From Ranitomeya imitator (lineage: Eukaryota): DNA of 64,000 bases. Where the stretch lies: assembly GCF_032444005.1 (NCBI RefSeq), contig NC_091283.1, positions 322,338,001 through 322,402,000 of the forward strand, in the 5' to 3' direction. Positions 1 through 12,600 of this stretch are shown here, in pieces (position 1 is the stretch's first letter; each line of letters opens with the position of its first letter). The notes beneath the pieces were generated by a model, which worked only from the letters and a program-made list of their open reading frames with translations, had not been told where the DNA came from and searched no databases. Both the position numbers and the translations under genes were made by a program.

Positions 1-3000
1 AATAATGGAGCCTCCAGCACCGACCTCCACCCGCAGAGCCACACTCCACATAGAAAATAATGGAGCCTCCAGCACCGACCTCCACCCGCAGAGCCGCACT
101 CCACATAGAGAATAATGGAGCCTCCAGCACCGACCTCCACCCGCAGAGCCGCACTCCACATAGAGAATAATGGGGCCTCCAGCACCGACCTCCACCCGCA
201 GAGCCGCACTCCACATAGAGAATAATGGAGCCTCCAGCACCGACCTCCACCCGCAGAGCCACACTCCACATAGAAAATAATGGAGCCTCCAGCACCGACC
301 TCCACCCGCAGAGCCGCACTCCACATAGAAAATAATGGAGCCCCCAGCACCGACCTCCACCCGCAGAGCCGCACTCCACATAGAGAATAATGGGGCCTCC
401 AGCACCGACCTCCACCCGCAGAGCCGCACTCCACATAGAGAATAATGGAGCCTCCAGCACCGACCTCCACCCACAGAGCCGCACTCCACATAGAGAATAA
501 TGGAGCCTCCAGCACCGACCTCCACCCGCAGAGCCGCACTCCACATAGAGAATAATGGAGCCTCCAGCACCGACCTCCACCCGCAGAGCCGCACTCCACA
601 TAGAGAATAATGGAGCCTCCAGCACCGACCTCCACCCGCAGAGCCGCACTCCACATAGAGAATAATGGAGCCTCCAGCACCGACCTCCACCCGCAGAGCC
701 GCACTCCACATAGAGAATAATCGAGCCTCCAGCACCGACCTCCACCCACAGAGCCGCACTCCACATAGAGAATAATGGAGCCTCCAGCACCGACCTCCAC
801 CCGCAGAGCCGCACTCCACATAGAGAATAATGGAGCCTCCAGCACCGACCTCCACCCGCAGAGCCGCACTCCACATAGAGAATAATGGAGCCTCCAGCAC
901 CGACCTCCACCCGCAGAGCCGCACTCCACATAGAGAATAATGGAGCCTCCAGCACTGACCTCCACCCGCAGAGCCGCACTCCACATAGAGAATAATGGGG
1001 CCTCCAGCACCGACCTCCACCCGCAGAGCCGCACCCCACATAGAGAATAATGGAGCCTCCAGCACCGACCTCCACCCGCAGAGCCGCACTCCACATAGAG
1101 AATAATGGGGCCTCCAGCACCGACCTCCACCCGCAGAGCCGCACTCCACATAGAGAATAATGGAGCCTCCAGCACCGACCTCCACCCACAGAGCCGCACT
1201 CTACATAGAGAATAATGGAGCCTCCAGCACCGACCTCCACCCACAGAGCCGCACTCCACATAGAGAATAATGGAGCCTCCAGCACCGACCTCCACCCTCA
1301 CTCCACATAGAGAATAATGAAGCCTCCAGCACCGACCTCCACCCGCAGAGCCGCACTCCACATAGAGAATAATGGAGCCTCAAGCGCCGACCTCCACCCG
1401 CAGAGCCGCACCCCACATAGAGAATAATGGAGCCTCAAGCGCCGACCTCCACCCGCAGAGCCGCACTCCACATAGAGAATAATGGAGCCTCAAGCGCCGA
1501 CCTCCACCCGCAGAGCCGCACTCCACATAGAGAATAATGGAGCCTCCAGCACCGACCTCCACCCACAGAGCCGCACTCCACATAGAGAATAATGGAGCCT
1601 CCAGCACCGACCTCCACCCGCAGAGCCGCACTCCACATAGAGAATAATGGAGCCTCCAGCACCGACCTCCACCCGCAGAGCCGCACTCCACATAGAGAAT
1701 AATGGAGCCTCCAGCACTGACCTCCACCCGCAGAGCCGCACTCCACATAGAGAATAATGGGGCCTCCAGCACCGACCTCCACCCGCAGAGCCGCACCCCA
1801 CATAGAGAATAATGGAGCCTCCAGCACCGACCTCCACCCGCAGAGCCGCACTCCACATAGAGAATAATGGAGCCTCCAACACCGACCTCCACCCGCAGAG
1901 CCACACTCCACATAGAAAATAATGGAGCCTCCAGCACCGACCTCCACCCGCAGAGCCGCACTCCACATAGAGAATAATGGAGCCTCCAGCACCGACCTCC
2001 ACCCGCAGAGCCGCACTCCACATAGAGAATAATGGGGCCTCCAGCACCGACCTCCACCCGCAGAGCCGCACTCCACATAGAGAATAATGGAGCCTCCAGC
2101 ACCGACCTCCACCCGCAGAGCCACACTCCACATAGAAAATAATGGAGCCTCCAGCACCGACCTCCACCCGCAGAGCCGCACTCCACATAGAGAATAATGG
2201 AGCCTCCAGCACCGACCTCCACCCGCAGAGCCACACTCCACATAGAAAATAATGGAGCCTCCAGCACCGACCTCCACCCGCAGAGCCGCACTCCACATAG
2301 AAAATAATGGAGCCTCCAGCACCGACCTCCACCCGCAGAGCCGCACTCCACATAGAGAATAATGGGGCCTCCAGCACCGACCTCCACCCGCAGAGCCGCA
2401 CTCCACATAGAGAATAATGGAGCCTCCAGCACCGACCTCCACCCACAGAGCCGCACTCCACATAGAGAATAATGGAGCCTCCAGCACCGACCTCCACCCG
2501 CAGAGCCGCACTCCACATAGAGAATAATGGAGCCTCCAGCACCGACCTCCACCCGCAGAGCCGCACTCCACATAGAGAATAATGGAGCCTCCAGCACCGA
2601 CCTCCACCCGCAGAGCCGCACTCCACATAGAGAATAATGGAGCCTCCAGCACCGACCTCCACCCGCAGAGCCGCACTCCACATAGAGAATAATGGAGCCT
2701 CCAGCACCGATCTCCACCCGCAGAGCCGCACTCCACATAGAGAATAATGGAGCCTCCAGCACCGACCTCCACCCGCAGAGCCACACTCCACATAGAGAAT
2801 AATGGAGCCTCCAGCACATACCTCCACCCGCAGAGCCGCACTCCACATAGAGAATAATGGAGCCTCCAGCACCGACCTCCACCCGCAGAGCCGCACTCCA
2901 CATAGAGAATAATGGAGCCTCCAGCACCGACCTCCACCCGCAGAGCCGCACTCCACATAGAGAATAATGGAGCCTCCAGCACCGACCTCCACCCGCAGAG

Positions 3001-6000
3001 CCGCACTCCACATAGAGAATAATGGAGCCTCCAGCACCGACCTCCACCCGCAGAGCCGCACTCCACATAGAGAATAATGGAGCCTCCAGCACCGACCTCC
3101 ACCCGCAGAGCCGCACTCCACATAGAGAATAATGGAGCCTCCAGCACCGACCTCCACCCGCAGAGCCGCACTCCACATAGAGAATAATGGGGCCTCCAGC
3201 ACCGACCTCCACCCGCAGAGCCGCACTCCACATAGAGAATAATGGAGCCTCCAGCACCGACCTCCACCCGCAGAGCCACACTCCACATAGAAAATAATGG
3301 AGCCTCCAGCACCGACCTCCACCCGCAGAGCCGCACTCCACATAGAAAATAATGGAGCCTCCAGCACCGACCTCCACCCGCAGAGCCGCACTCCACATAG
3401 AGAATAATGGGGCCTCCAGCACCGACCTCCACCCGCAGAGCCGCACTCCACATAGAGAATAATGGAGCCTCCAGCACCGACCTCCACCCACAGAGCCGCA
3501 CTCCACATAGAGAATAATGGAGCCTCCAGCACCGACCTCCACCCGCAGAGCCGCACTCCACATAGAGAATAATGGAGCCTCCAGCACCGACCTCCACCCG
3601 CAGAGCCGCACTCCACATAGAGAATAATGGAGCCTCCAGCACCGACCTCCACCCGCAGAGCCGCACTCCACATAGAGAATAATGGAGCCTCCAGCACCGA
3701 CCTCCACCCGCAGAGCCGCACTCCACATAGAGAATAATGGAGCCTCCAGCACCGACCTCCACCCACAGAGCCGCACTCCACATAGAGAATAATGGAGCCT
3801 CCAGCATCAACCTCCACCCGCAGAGCCGCACTCCACATAGAGAATAATGGAGCCTCCAGCACCGATCTCCACCCGCAGAGCCGCACTCCACATAGAGAAT
3901 AATGGGGCCTCCAGCACCGACCTCCACCCGCAGAGCCGCACTCCACATAGAGAATAATGGAGCCTCCAGCACCGACCTCCACCCGCAGAGCCGCACTCCA
4001 CATAGAGAATAATGGAGCCTCCAGCACCGACCTCCACCCGCAGAGCCACACTCCACATAGAGAATAATGGGGCCTCCAGCACCGACCTCCACCCGCAGAG
4101 CCGCACTCCACATAGAGAATAATGGGACCTCCAGCACCAACCTCCACCCGCAGAGCCGCACTCCACATAGAGAATAATGGAGCCTCCAGCACCGACCTCC
4201 ACCCGCAGAGCCGCACTCCACATAGAGAATAATGGAGCCCCCAGCACCGACCTCCACCCACAGAGCCACACTCCACATAGAGAATAATGGAGCCTCCAGC
4301 ACCGACCTCCACCCACACTCCACATAGAGAATAATGGGGAATCTCCAGCACCTACCTCCACCCGCAGAGCCGCACTCCACATAGAGAATAATGGAGCCTC
4401 CAGCACCGACCTCCACCCGCAGAGCCGCACTCCACATAGAGAATAATGGAGCCTCCAGCACCGACCTCCACCCGCAGAGCCGCACTCCACATAGAGAATA
4501 ATGGAGCCTCCAGCACCGACCTCCACCCGCAGAGCCGCACTCCACATAGAGAATAATGGGGCCTCCAGCACCGACCTCCACCCGCAGAGCCACACTCCAC
4601 ATAGAGAATAATGGAGCCTCCAGCACCTACCTCCACCCGCAGAGCCGCACTCCACATAGAGAATAATGGAGCCTCCAGCACCGACCTCCACCCGCAGAGC
4701 CGCACTCCACATAGAGAATAATGGAGCCTCCAGCACCGACCTCCACCCGCAGAGCCGCACTCCACATAGAGAATAATGGAGCCTCCAGCACCGACCTCCA
4801 CCCGCAGAGCCGCCCTCCACATAGAGAATAATGGAGCCTCCAGCACCTACCTCCACCCGCAGAGCCGCACTCCACATAGAGAATAATGGAGCCTCCAGCA
4901 CCGACCTCCACCCGCAGAGTCGCACTCCACATAGAGAATAATGGAGCCTCCAGCACCGACCTCCACCCGCAGAGCCGCACTCCACATAGAGAATAATGGA
5001 GCCTCCAGCACCGACCTCCACCCACAGAGCCACACTCCACATAGAGAATAATGGAGCCTCCAGCACCGACCTCCACCCACACTCCACATAGAGAATAATG
5101 GAGCCTCCAGCACCGACCTCCACCCGCAGAGCCGCCCTCCACATAGAGAATAATGGAGCCTCCAGCACCTACCTCCACCCGCAGAGCCGCACTCCACATA
5201 GAGAATAATGGAGCCTCCAGCACCGACCTCCACCCGCAGAGCCGCACTCCACATAGAGAATAATGGAGCCTCCAGCACCGACCTCCACCCACAGAGCCGC
5301 ACTCCACATAGAGAATAATGGAGCCTCCAGCACCGACCTCCACCCGCAGAGCCGCACTCCACATAGAGAATAATGGAGCCTCCAGCACCGACCTCCACCC
5401 GCAGAGCCGCCCTCCACATAGAGAATAATGGAGCCTCCAGCACCTACCTCCACCCGCAGAGCCGCACTCCACATAGAGAATAATGGAGCCTCCAGCACCG
5501 ACCTCCACCCGCAGAGTCGCACTCCACATAGAGAATAATGGAGCCTCCAGCACCGACCTCCACCCGCAGAGCCGCACTCCACATAGAGAATAATGGAGCC
5601 TCCAGCACCGACCTCCACCCACAGAGCCACACTCCACATAGAGAATAATGGAGCCTCCAGCACCGACCTCCACCCACACTCCACATAGAGAATAATGGAG
5701 CCTCCAGCACCGACCTCCACCCGCAGAGCCGCCCTCCACATAGAGAATAATGGAGCCTCCAGCACCTACCTCCACCCGCAGAGCCGCACTCCACATAGAG
5801 AATAATGGAGCCTCCAGCACCGACCTCCACCCGCAGAGCCGCACTCCACATAGAGAATAATGGAGCCTCCAGCACCGACCTCCACCCACACTCCACATAG
5901 AGAATAATGGAGCCTCCAGCACCGACCTCCACCCGCAGAGCCGCCCTCCACATAGAGAATAATGGAGCCTCCAGCACCTACCTCCACCCGCAGAGCCGCA

Positions 6001-7242
6001 CTCCACATAGAGAATAATGGAGCCTCCAGCACCGACCTCCACCCACAGAGCCACACTCCACATAGAGAATAATGGAGCCTCCAGCACCGACCTCCACCCA
6101 CACTCCATATAGAGAATAATGGAGCCTCCAGCACCGACCTCCACCCGCAGAGCCGCCCTCCACATAGAGAATAATGGAGCCTCCAGCACCTACCTCCACC
6201 CGCAGAGCCGCACTCCACATAGAGAATAATGGAGCCTCCAGCACCGACCTCCACCCGCAGAGCCGCACTCCACATAGAGAATAATGGAGCCTCCAGCACC
6301 GACCTCCACCCACAGAGCCACACTCCACATAGAGAATAATGGAGCCTCCAGCACGGACCTCCACCCACACTCCACATAGAGAATAATGGAGCCTCCAGCA
6401 CCGACCTCCACCCGCAGAGCCGCCCTCCACATAGAGAATAATGGAGCCTCCAGCACCTACCTCCACCCGCAGAGCCGCACTCCACATAGAGAATAATGGA
6501 GCCTCCAGCACCGACCTCCACCCGCAGAGCCGCACTCCACATAGAGAATAATGGAGCCTCCAGCACCGACCTCCACCCACAGAGCCACACTCCACATAGA
6601 GAATAATGGAGCCTCCAGCACCGACCTCCACCCACACTCCACATAGAGAATAATGGAGCCTCCAGCACCGACCTCCACCCGCAGAGCCGCCCTCCACATA
6701 GAGAATAATGGAGCCTCCAGCACCTACCTCCACCCGCAGAGCCGCACTCCACATAGAGAATAATGGAGCCTCCAGCACCGACCTCCACCCGCAGAGCCGC
6801 ACTCCACATAGAGAATAATGGAGCCTCCAGCACCGACCTCCACCCACAGAGCCACACTCCACATAGAGAATAATGGAGCCTCCAGCACCGACCTCCACCC
6901 GCAGAGCCGCACTCCACATAGAGAATAATGGAGCCTCCAGCACCGACCTCCACCCGCAGAGCCACACTCCACATAGAGAATAATGGAGCCTCCAGCACTG
7001 ACCTCCACCCGCAGAGCCGCACTCCACATAGAGAATAATGGAGCCTCCAGCACCGACCTCCACCCGCAGAGCCGCACTCCACATAGAGAATAATGGAGCC
7101 TCCAGCACCGACCTCCACCCGCAGAGCCACACTCCACATAGAGAATAATGGAGCCTCCAGCACCGACCTCCACCCACACTCCACATAGAGAATAATGGAG
7201 CCTCCAGCACCGACCTCCACCCGCAGAGCCGCACTCTACATA
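1..7242. repeat. 55-bp minisatellite array 1 (about 130 units, continues past window start)
   Basis: Tandem unit CTCCACATAGAGAATAATGGAGCCTCCAGCACCGACCTCCACCCGCAGAGCCGCA; 47-bp variant units lack GCAGAGCC; ends at CTCTACATA 7234-7242. Confidence 0.98.
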
Positions 7243-7289
7243 TATGGCTGCTCTGTGCATACAGGACCTGTGATGAGGTCACATGATGG

Positions 7290-7555
7290 GAGGAAAAGAG
7301 GTTGGAACCAGAGAAGATATTTTGCTCTTCCCAATATGACACATAGATGTTTGCAATGAACGGTGACAAGGCCGCCCCCACTGAGGTGCCCTGATTTGTA
7401 GATAATAAGAGCCATTAAAAGAAAAATAATTATTTTGCAGCAGGATGTTAATGACTATAGCTAAAAATTCCTGCATTTCTGCTGAATAATTGCTGTAGAC
7501 CTGCAAGTGATACCTCAAAATCGATGCTGGGGTAAAGACTAACTACATCGCAACA
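7290..7555 (-). mobile_element. Penelope-like element RT fragment (frameshifted), copy 1
   Basis: Minus strand reads CDVVSLYPSID, then LLQNNYFSFNGSYYLQIR and, after a 1-nt shift, (G)TSVGAALSPFIANIYVSYWEE. These match PLE RT motifs DVxSLYxSI and QxxGxxMGxxxSPxxANxY. Confidence 0.85.
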
Positions 7556-7558
7556 AAG

Positions 7559-8365
7559 TGTGACAGATAGAAGCTGCACTGTTGGTTTAGAATCATCCAG
7601 CAACTACAGGGGTTAACATGGTTATAGCAGAGGGAGTGGTTAGCTCAGCCCCAGTGGATTCTGGGAAGGTGTGGTTGTGTCTGGGACTTCCAAGAGTAAG
7701 GTGTGTGTTAGAGTCTCCTGTCTGTATAGACCAGTATTGAATGCTGTTTTCCACTCATCACCCTCTTTATCTTTATCATATCATTGAGATTATTCGCCCC
7801 CTGAGATCCCAGTTTAGAAAACCATTCTGCTCCTATAATCTGAATAAAGAAGTCCGGGATGAGAGGGAGCGGCTACGGATCCCAGAGCGTGATCAGATGG
7901 AGTATGAAACCAGGATATTTTACCTCCAGCACGCTAAGTGTTGGGATGGTTAAAGTAAGCTGCATATATGGGCTGGTTTTATGTGAAAACTCATGGAGTG
8001 GGAGGGAGAGTGCTCACCATATCTCTTCCTGCAGCTGACACCGGCAGGTGGACTGCGGTGATGTCATAGTCATGTGATCATCACATGGTCCTGGTTAAGT
8101 ACCTGGACATGTGATACAGTCTGGGTGGTGTCTTGGGAGAGGAGGTACTCCCATGTAGCTCCAAGGAGGAGCGGAGGAAATTGCCAGGTGCCTGTAGGTT
8201 GAGACCTTTATTTGTTTTATTTTTCCGTTAAGCCAGAAAGGCTCTGTTTTTGTTTTGTGAACCCTGCCTTGGTGTATGCTGACTCCAATGAACCAGCAGG
8301 TGCTTCACCACCAAAGTGTTCCTGTGTCTACCTGAGGAAGCGGCTAAGCGTGTCAATCCCTCACA
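7559..8365. mobile_element. LTR-like segment inside the spacer
   Basis: Starts TGTGACAG exactly where the PLE relic stops; candidate end CCCTCACA; internal AATAAA. No TSD found. Confidence 0.3.
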
Positions 8366-9660
8366 CTACAGAGGAGATATGTACACCCGGGTTGCTAACC
8401 TCCCCGCAACCTGAGCTACTTAGTTTTCAGGCGGCTGTTTACCGTGAGATAGGGAAGGACATGTGCCCATGAAATGGCCTTTTCTACCACAGTAAAAACA
8501 TACTCCCCTTTGTGTCAAACAACAGACTGCTTTCCAGAACCAGTTGCCCCACCCAACTGCACAGGTTCCTCAGATGACTCAGACTAGGTTTCCCTTGGCC
8601 CTGGACCTCCCGCACATTTGGGGTGTCTTTTTATGTCTTGTGGAGTGAAGGATGGGGTTAAATCATAGTAGTAGAAGAAGGGGAATTATCACACACTCTA
8701 AACCAAGCCACAGTCACAGATAAATCCACCAAACGCCTTCTCCATTAACAACCATCAACAACCTCCATCCATGTAACATAAGCTACTCTGACAATGAGTG
8801 CTAACTAGGGCCCAGATTATATAGGAGATGGGAGTGGCTAACAGTGCACAGCTGAGAGACTTAACACTCCAGGAGCTCTCAACTGAGCAGATTAACTCCT
8901 GCACTGCCAAAAAGAAATTTTAATATGAAGGTGAAGTGCTTCTAATCAGTGCAGAAGTAGGAGAAGTCAGACGCTGAGGTCTTCTGGCTCCTTTCTGTCG
9001 TGGTAAACATGTGACAACACTGACAAATGTGTCTCTCAGTGAGCGGGCCCCTCCTGAATCTTTTCCCGACACGCTGCACCGCTCCCTCGGACTGAGGCCT
9101 ATTTGGATGCTTAAAGCTGCGGTCTCTCTTGTGGGCCATGTACACCCGGTTCACGGCCCTTGCAGTATATATAGGAGCGACCAAATCGCTCCAAGATACA
9201 GACTGAAGGAACGAAATAGACGAGCGGAGACAGAGAGACAGAGAGCTGGCCAAGCTGGAGATACAAGCCTGACAGCACATACTTACCCACCGTGCGTCCT
9301 CCTGTGGCATAGGCTGGTCCCTGGGGGCTGTGGCGTGCCCTGTATTCTGCCGGTCTGCCTCTTCGGCCGTCGCAGTTGCCGGTGAATGACTGGATCAGCT
9401 GGGTTGCACCTCACATCCTATACCACTGCTTGCAGTGCGGGCGCTGTGGTTGGGGTTTCCCCTGTTGTTTGCAGGGTTCATCTGGCTGTCACCCAGACAC
9501 AGCGATGTTGCGGTCTGAGGTCCTGCAGCGATCAATCTTAGGAAGGCCTCTGCAGTGGTCCTGCTCCCTTTTCACCTGTGCTTCTCATCTAGGAAGCAGA
9601 ACACCCCTGAACAAAATACTCCTCAGCCTCCTTGGTACATAAGAGGGGTCAATTTCAGGG

Positions 9661-12600
9661 GCACTCCACATAGAGAATAATGGAGCCTCCAGCACCGACC
9701 TCCACCCGCAGAGCCACACTCCACATAGAGAATAATGGAGCCTCCAGCACCGACCTCCACCCACAGAGCCGCACTCCACATAGAGAATAATGGAGCCTCC
9801 AGCACCGACCTCCACCCGCACTCCACATAGAGAATAATGGAGCCTCCAGCACCTACCTCCACCCGCAGAGCCGCACTCCACATAGAGAATAATGGAGCCT
9901 CCAGCACCGACCTCCACCCGCACTCCACATAGAGAATAATGGAGCCTCCAGCACCTACCTCCACCCGCAGAGCCGCACTCCACATAGAGAATAATGGGGA
10001 ATCTCCAGCACCGACCTCCACTCGCAGAGCCGCACTCCACATAGAGAATAATGGAGCCTCCAGCACCGACCTCCACCCGCACTCCACATAGAGAATAATG
10101 GAGCCTCCAGCACCGACCTCCACCCGCAGAGCCACACTCCACATAGAGAATAATGGAGCCTCCAGCACATACCTCCACCCGCAGAGCCGCACTCCACATA
10201 GAGAATAATGGAGCCTCCAGCACCGACCTCCACCCGCAGAGCCGCACTCCACATAGAGAATAATGGAGCCTCCAGCACCGACCTCCACCCGCAGAGCCGC
10301 ACTCCACATAGAGAATAATGGAGCCTCCAGCACCGACCTCCACCCGCAGAGCCGCACTCCACATAGAGAATAATGGAGCCTCCAGCACCGACCTCCACCC
10401 GCAGAGCCGCACTCCACATAGAGAATAATGGAGCCTCCAGCACCGACCTCCACCCGCAGAGCCGCACTCCACATAGAGAATAATGGAGCCTCCAGCACCG
10501 ACCTCCACCCGCAGAGCCGCACTCCACATAGAGAATAATGGGGCCTCCAGCACCGACCTCCACCCGCAGAGCCGCACTCCACATAGAGAATAATGGAGCC
10601 TCCAGCACCGACCTCCACCCGCAGAGCCACACTCCACATAGAAAATAATGGAGCCTCCAGCACCGACCTCCACCCGCAGAGCCGCACTCCACATAGAAAA
10701 TAATGGAGCCTCCAGCACCGACCTCCACCCGCAGAGCCGCACTCCACATAGAGAATAATGGGGCCTCCAGCACCGACCTCCACCCGCAGAGCCGCACTCC
10801 ACATAGAGAATAATGGAGCCTCCAGCACCGACCTCCACCCACAGAGCCGCACTCCACATAGAGAATAATGGAGCCTCCAGCACCGACCTCCACCCGCAGA
10901 GCCGCACTCCACATAGAGAATAATGGAGCCTCCAGCACCGACCTCCACCCGCAGAGCCGCACTCCACATAGAGAATAATGGAGCCTCCAGCACCGACCTC
11001 CACCCGCAGAGCCGCACTCCACATAGAGAATAATGGAGCCTCCAGCACCGACCTCCACCCGCAGAGCCGCACTCCACATAGAGAATAATGGAGCCTCCAG
11101 CACCGACCTCCACCCACAGAGCCGCACTCCACATAGAGAATAATGGAGCCTCCAGCATCAACCTCCACCCGCAGAGCCGCACTCCACATAGAGAATAATG
11201 GAGCCTCCAGCACCGATCTCCACCCGCAGAGCCGCACTCCACATAGAGAATAATGGGGCCTCCAGCACCGACCTCCACCCGCAGAGCCGCACTCCACATA
11301 GAGAATAATGGAGCCTCCAGCACCGACCTCCACCCGCAGAGCCGCACTCCACATAGAGAATAATGGAGCCTCCAGCACCGACCTCCACCCGCAGAGCCAC
11401 ACTCCACATAGAGAATAATGGGGCCTCCAGCACCGACCTCCACCCGCAGAGCCGCACTCCACATAGAGAATAATGGGACCTCCAGCACCAACCTCCACCC
11501 GCAGAGCCGCACTCCACATAGAGAATAATGGAGCCTCCAGCACCGACCTCCACCCGCAGAGCCGCACTCCACATAGAGAATAATGGAGCCCCCAGCACCG
11601 ACCTCCACCCACAGAGCCACACTCCACATAGAGAATAATGGAGCCTCCAGCACCGACCTCCACCCACACTCCACATAGAGAATAATGGGGAATCTCCAGC
11701 ACCTACCTCCACCCGCAGAGCCGCACTCCACATAGAGAATAATGGAGCCTCCAGCACCGACCTCCACCCGCAGAGCCGCACTCCACATAGAGAATAATGG
11801 AGCCTCCAGCACCGACCTCCACCCGCAGAGCCGCACTCCACATAGAGAATAATGGAGCCTCCAGCACCGACCTCCACCCGCAGAGCCGCACTCCACATAG
11901 AGAATAATGGGGCCTCCAGCACCGACCTCCACCCGCAGAGCCACACTCCACATAGAGAATAATGGAGCCTCCAGCACCTACCTCCACCCGCAGAGCCGCA
12001 CTCCACATAGAGAATAATGGAGCCTCCAGCACCGACCTCCACCCGCAGAGCCGCACTCCACATAGAGAATAATGGAGCCTCCAGCACCGACCTCCACCCG
12101 CAGAGCCGCACTCCACATAGAGAATAATGGAGCCTCCAGCACCGACCTCCACCCGCAGAGCCGCCCTCCACATAGAGAATAATGGAGCCTCCAGCACCTA
12201 CCTCCACCCGCAGAGCCGCACTCCACATAGAGAATAATGGAGCCTCCAGCACCGACCTCCACCCGCAGAGTCGCACTCCACATAGAGAATAATGGAGCCT
12301 CCAGCACCGACCTCCACCCGCAGAGCCGCACTCCACATAGAGAATAATGGAGCCTCCAGCACCGACCTCCACCCACAGAGCCACACTCCACATAGAGAAT
12401 AATGGAGCCTCCAGCACCGACCTCCACCCACACTCCACATAGAGAATAATGGAGCCTCCAGCACCGACCTCCACCCGCAGAGCCGCCCTCCACATAGAGA
12501 ATAATGGAGCCTCCAGCACCTACCTCCACCCGCAGAGCCGCACTCCACATAGAGAATAATGGAGCCTCCAGCACCGACCTCCACCCGCAGAGCCGCACTC

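Larger units (their letters stand above)
7243..9664. repeat. Spacer copy 1 of the tandem macro-repeat (2422 bp)
   Basis: Near-identical to 14963-17384 (offset 7720) and 19085-21088 (offset 11842 at left); ORF-track entries repeat accordingly. Confidence 0.96.

Noticed and set aside
1-7242. Resemblance of CCTCCAGCACCGA to the human PRDM9 13-mer
   Set aside because: Two mismatches at defined positions, and the human motif has no relevance to this lineage.
8330-8365. CTGAGGAAGCGGCTAAGCG as a hammerhead core
   Set aside because: No GAAA or stem III follows.
7741-9642. Short ORFs in the spacer (70-124 aa, repeated three times)
   Set aside because: No recognisable domain; they repeat only because the spacer is duplicated, and several are disrupted in copy 3.
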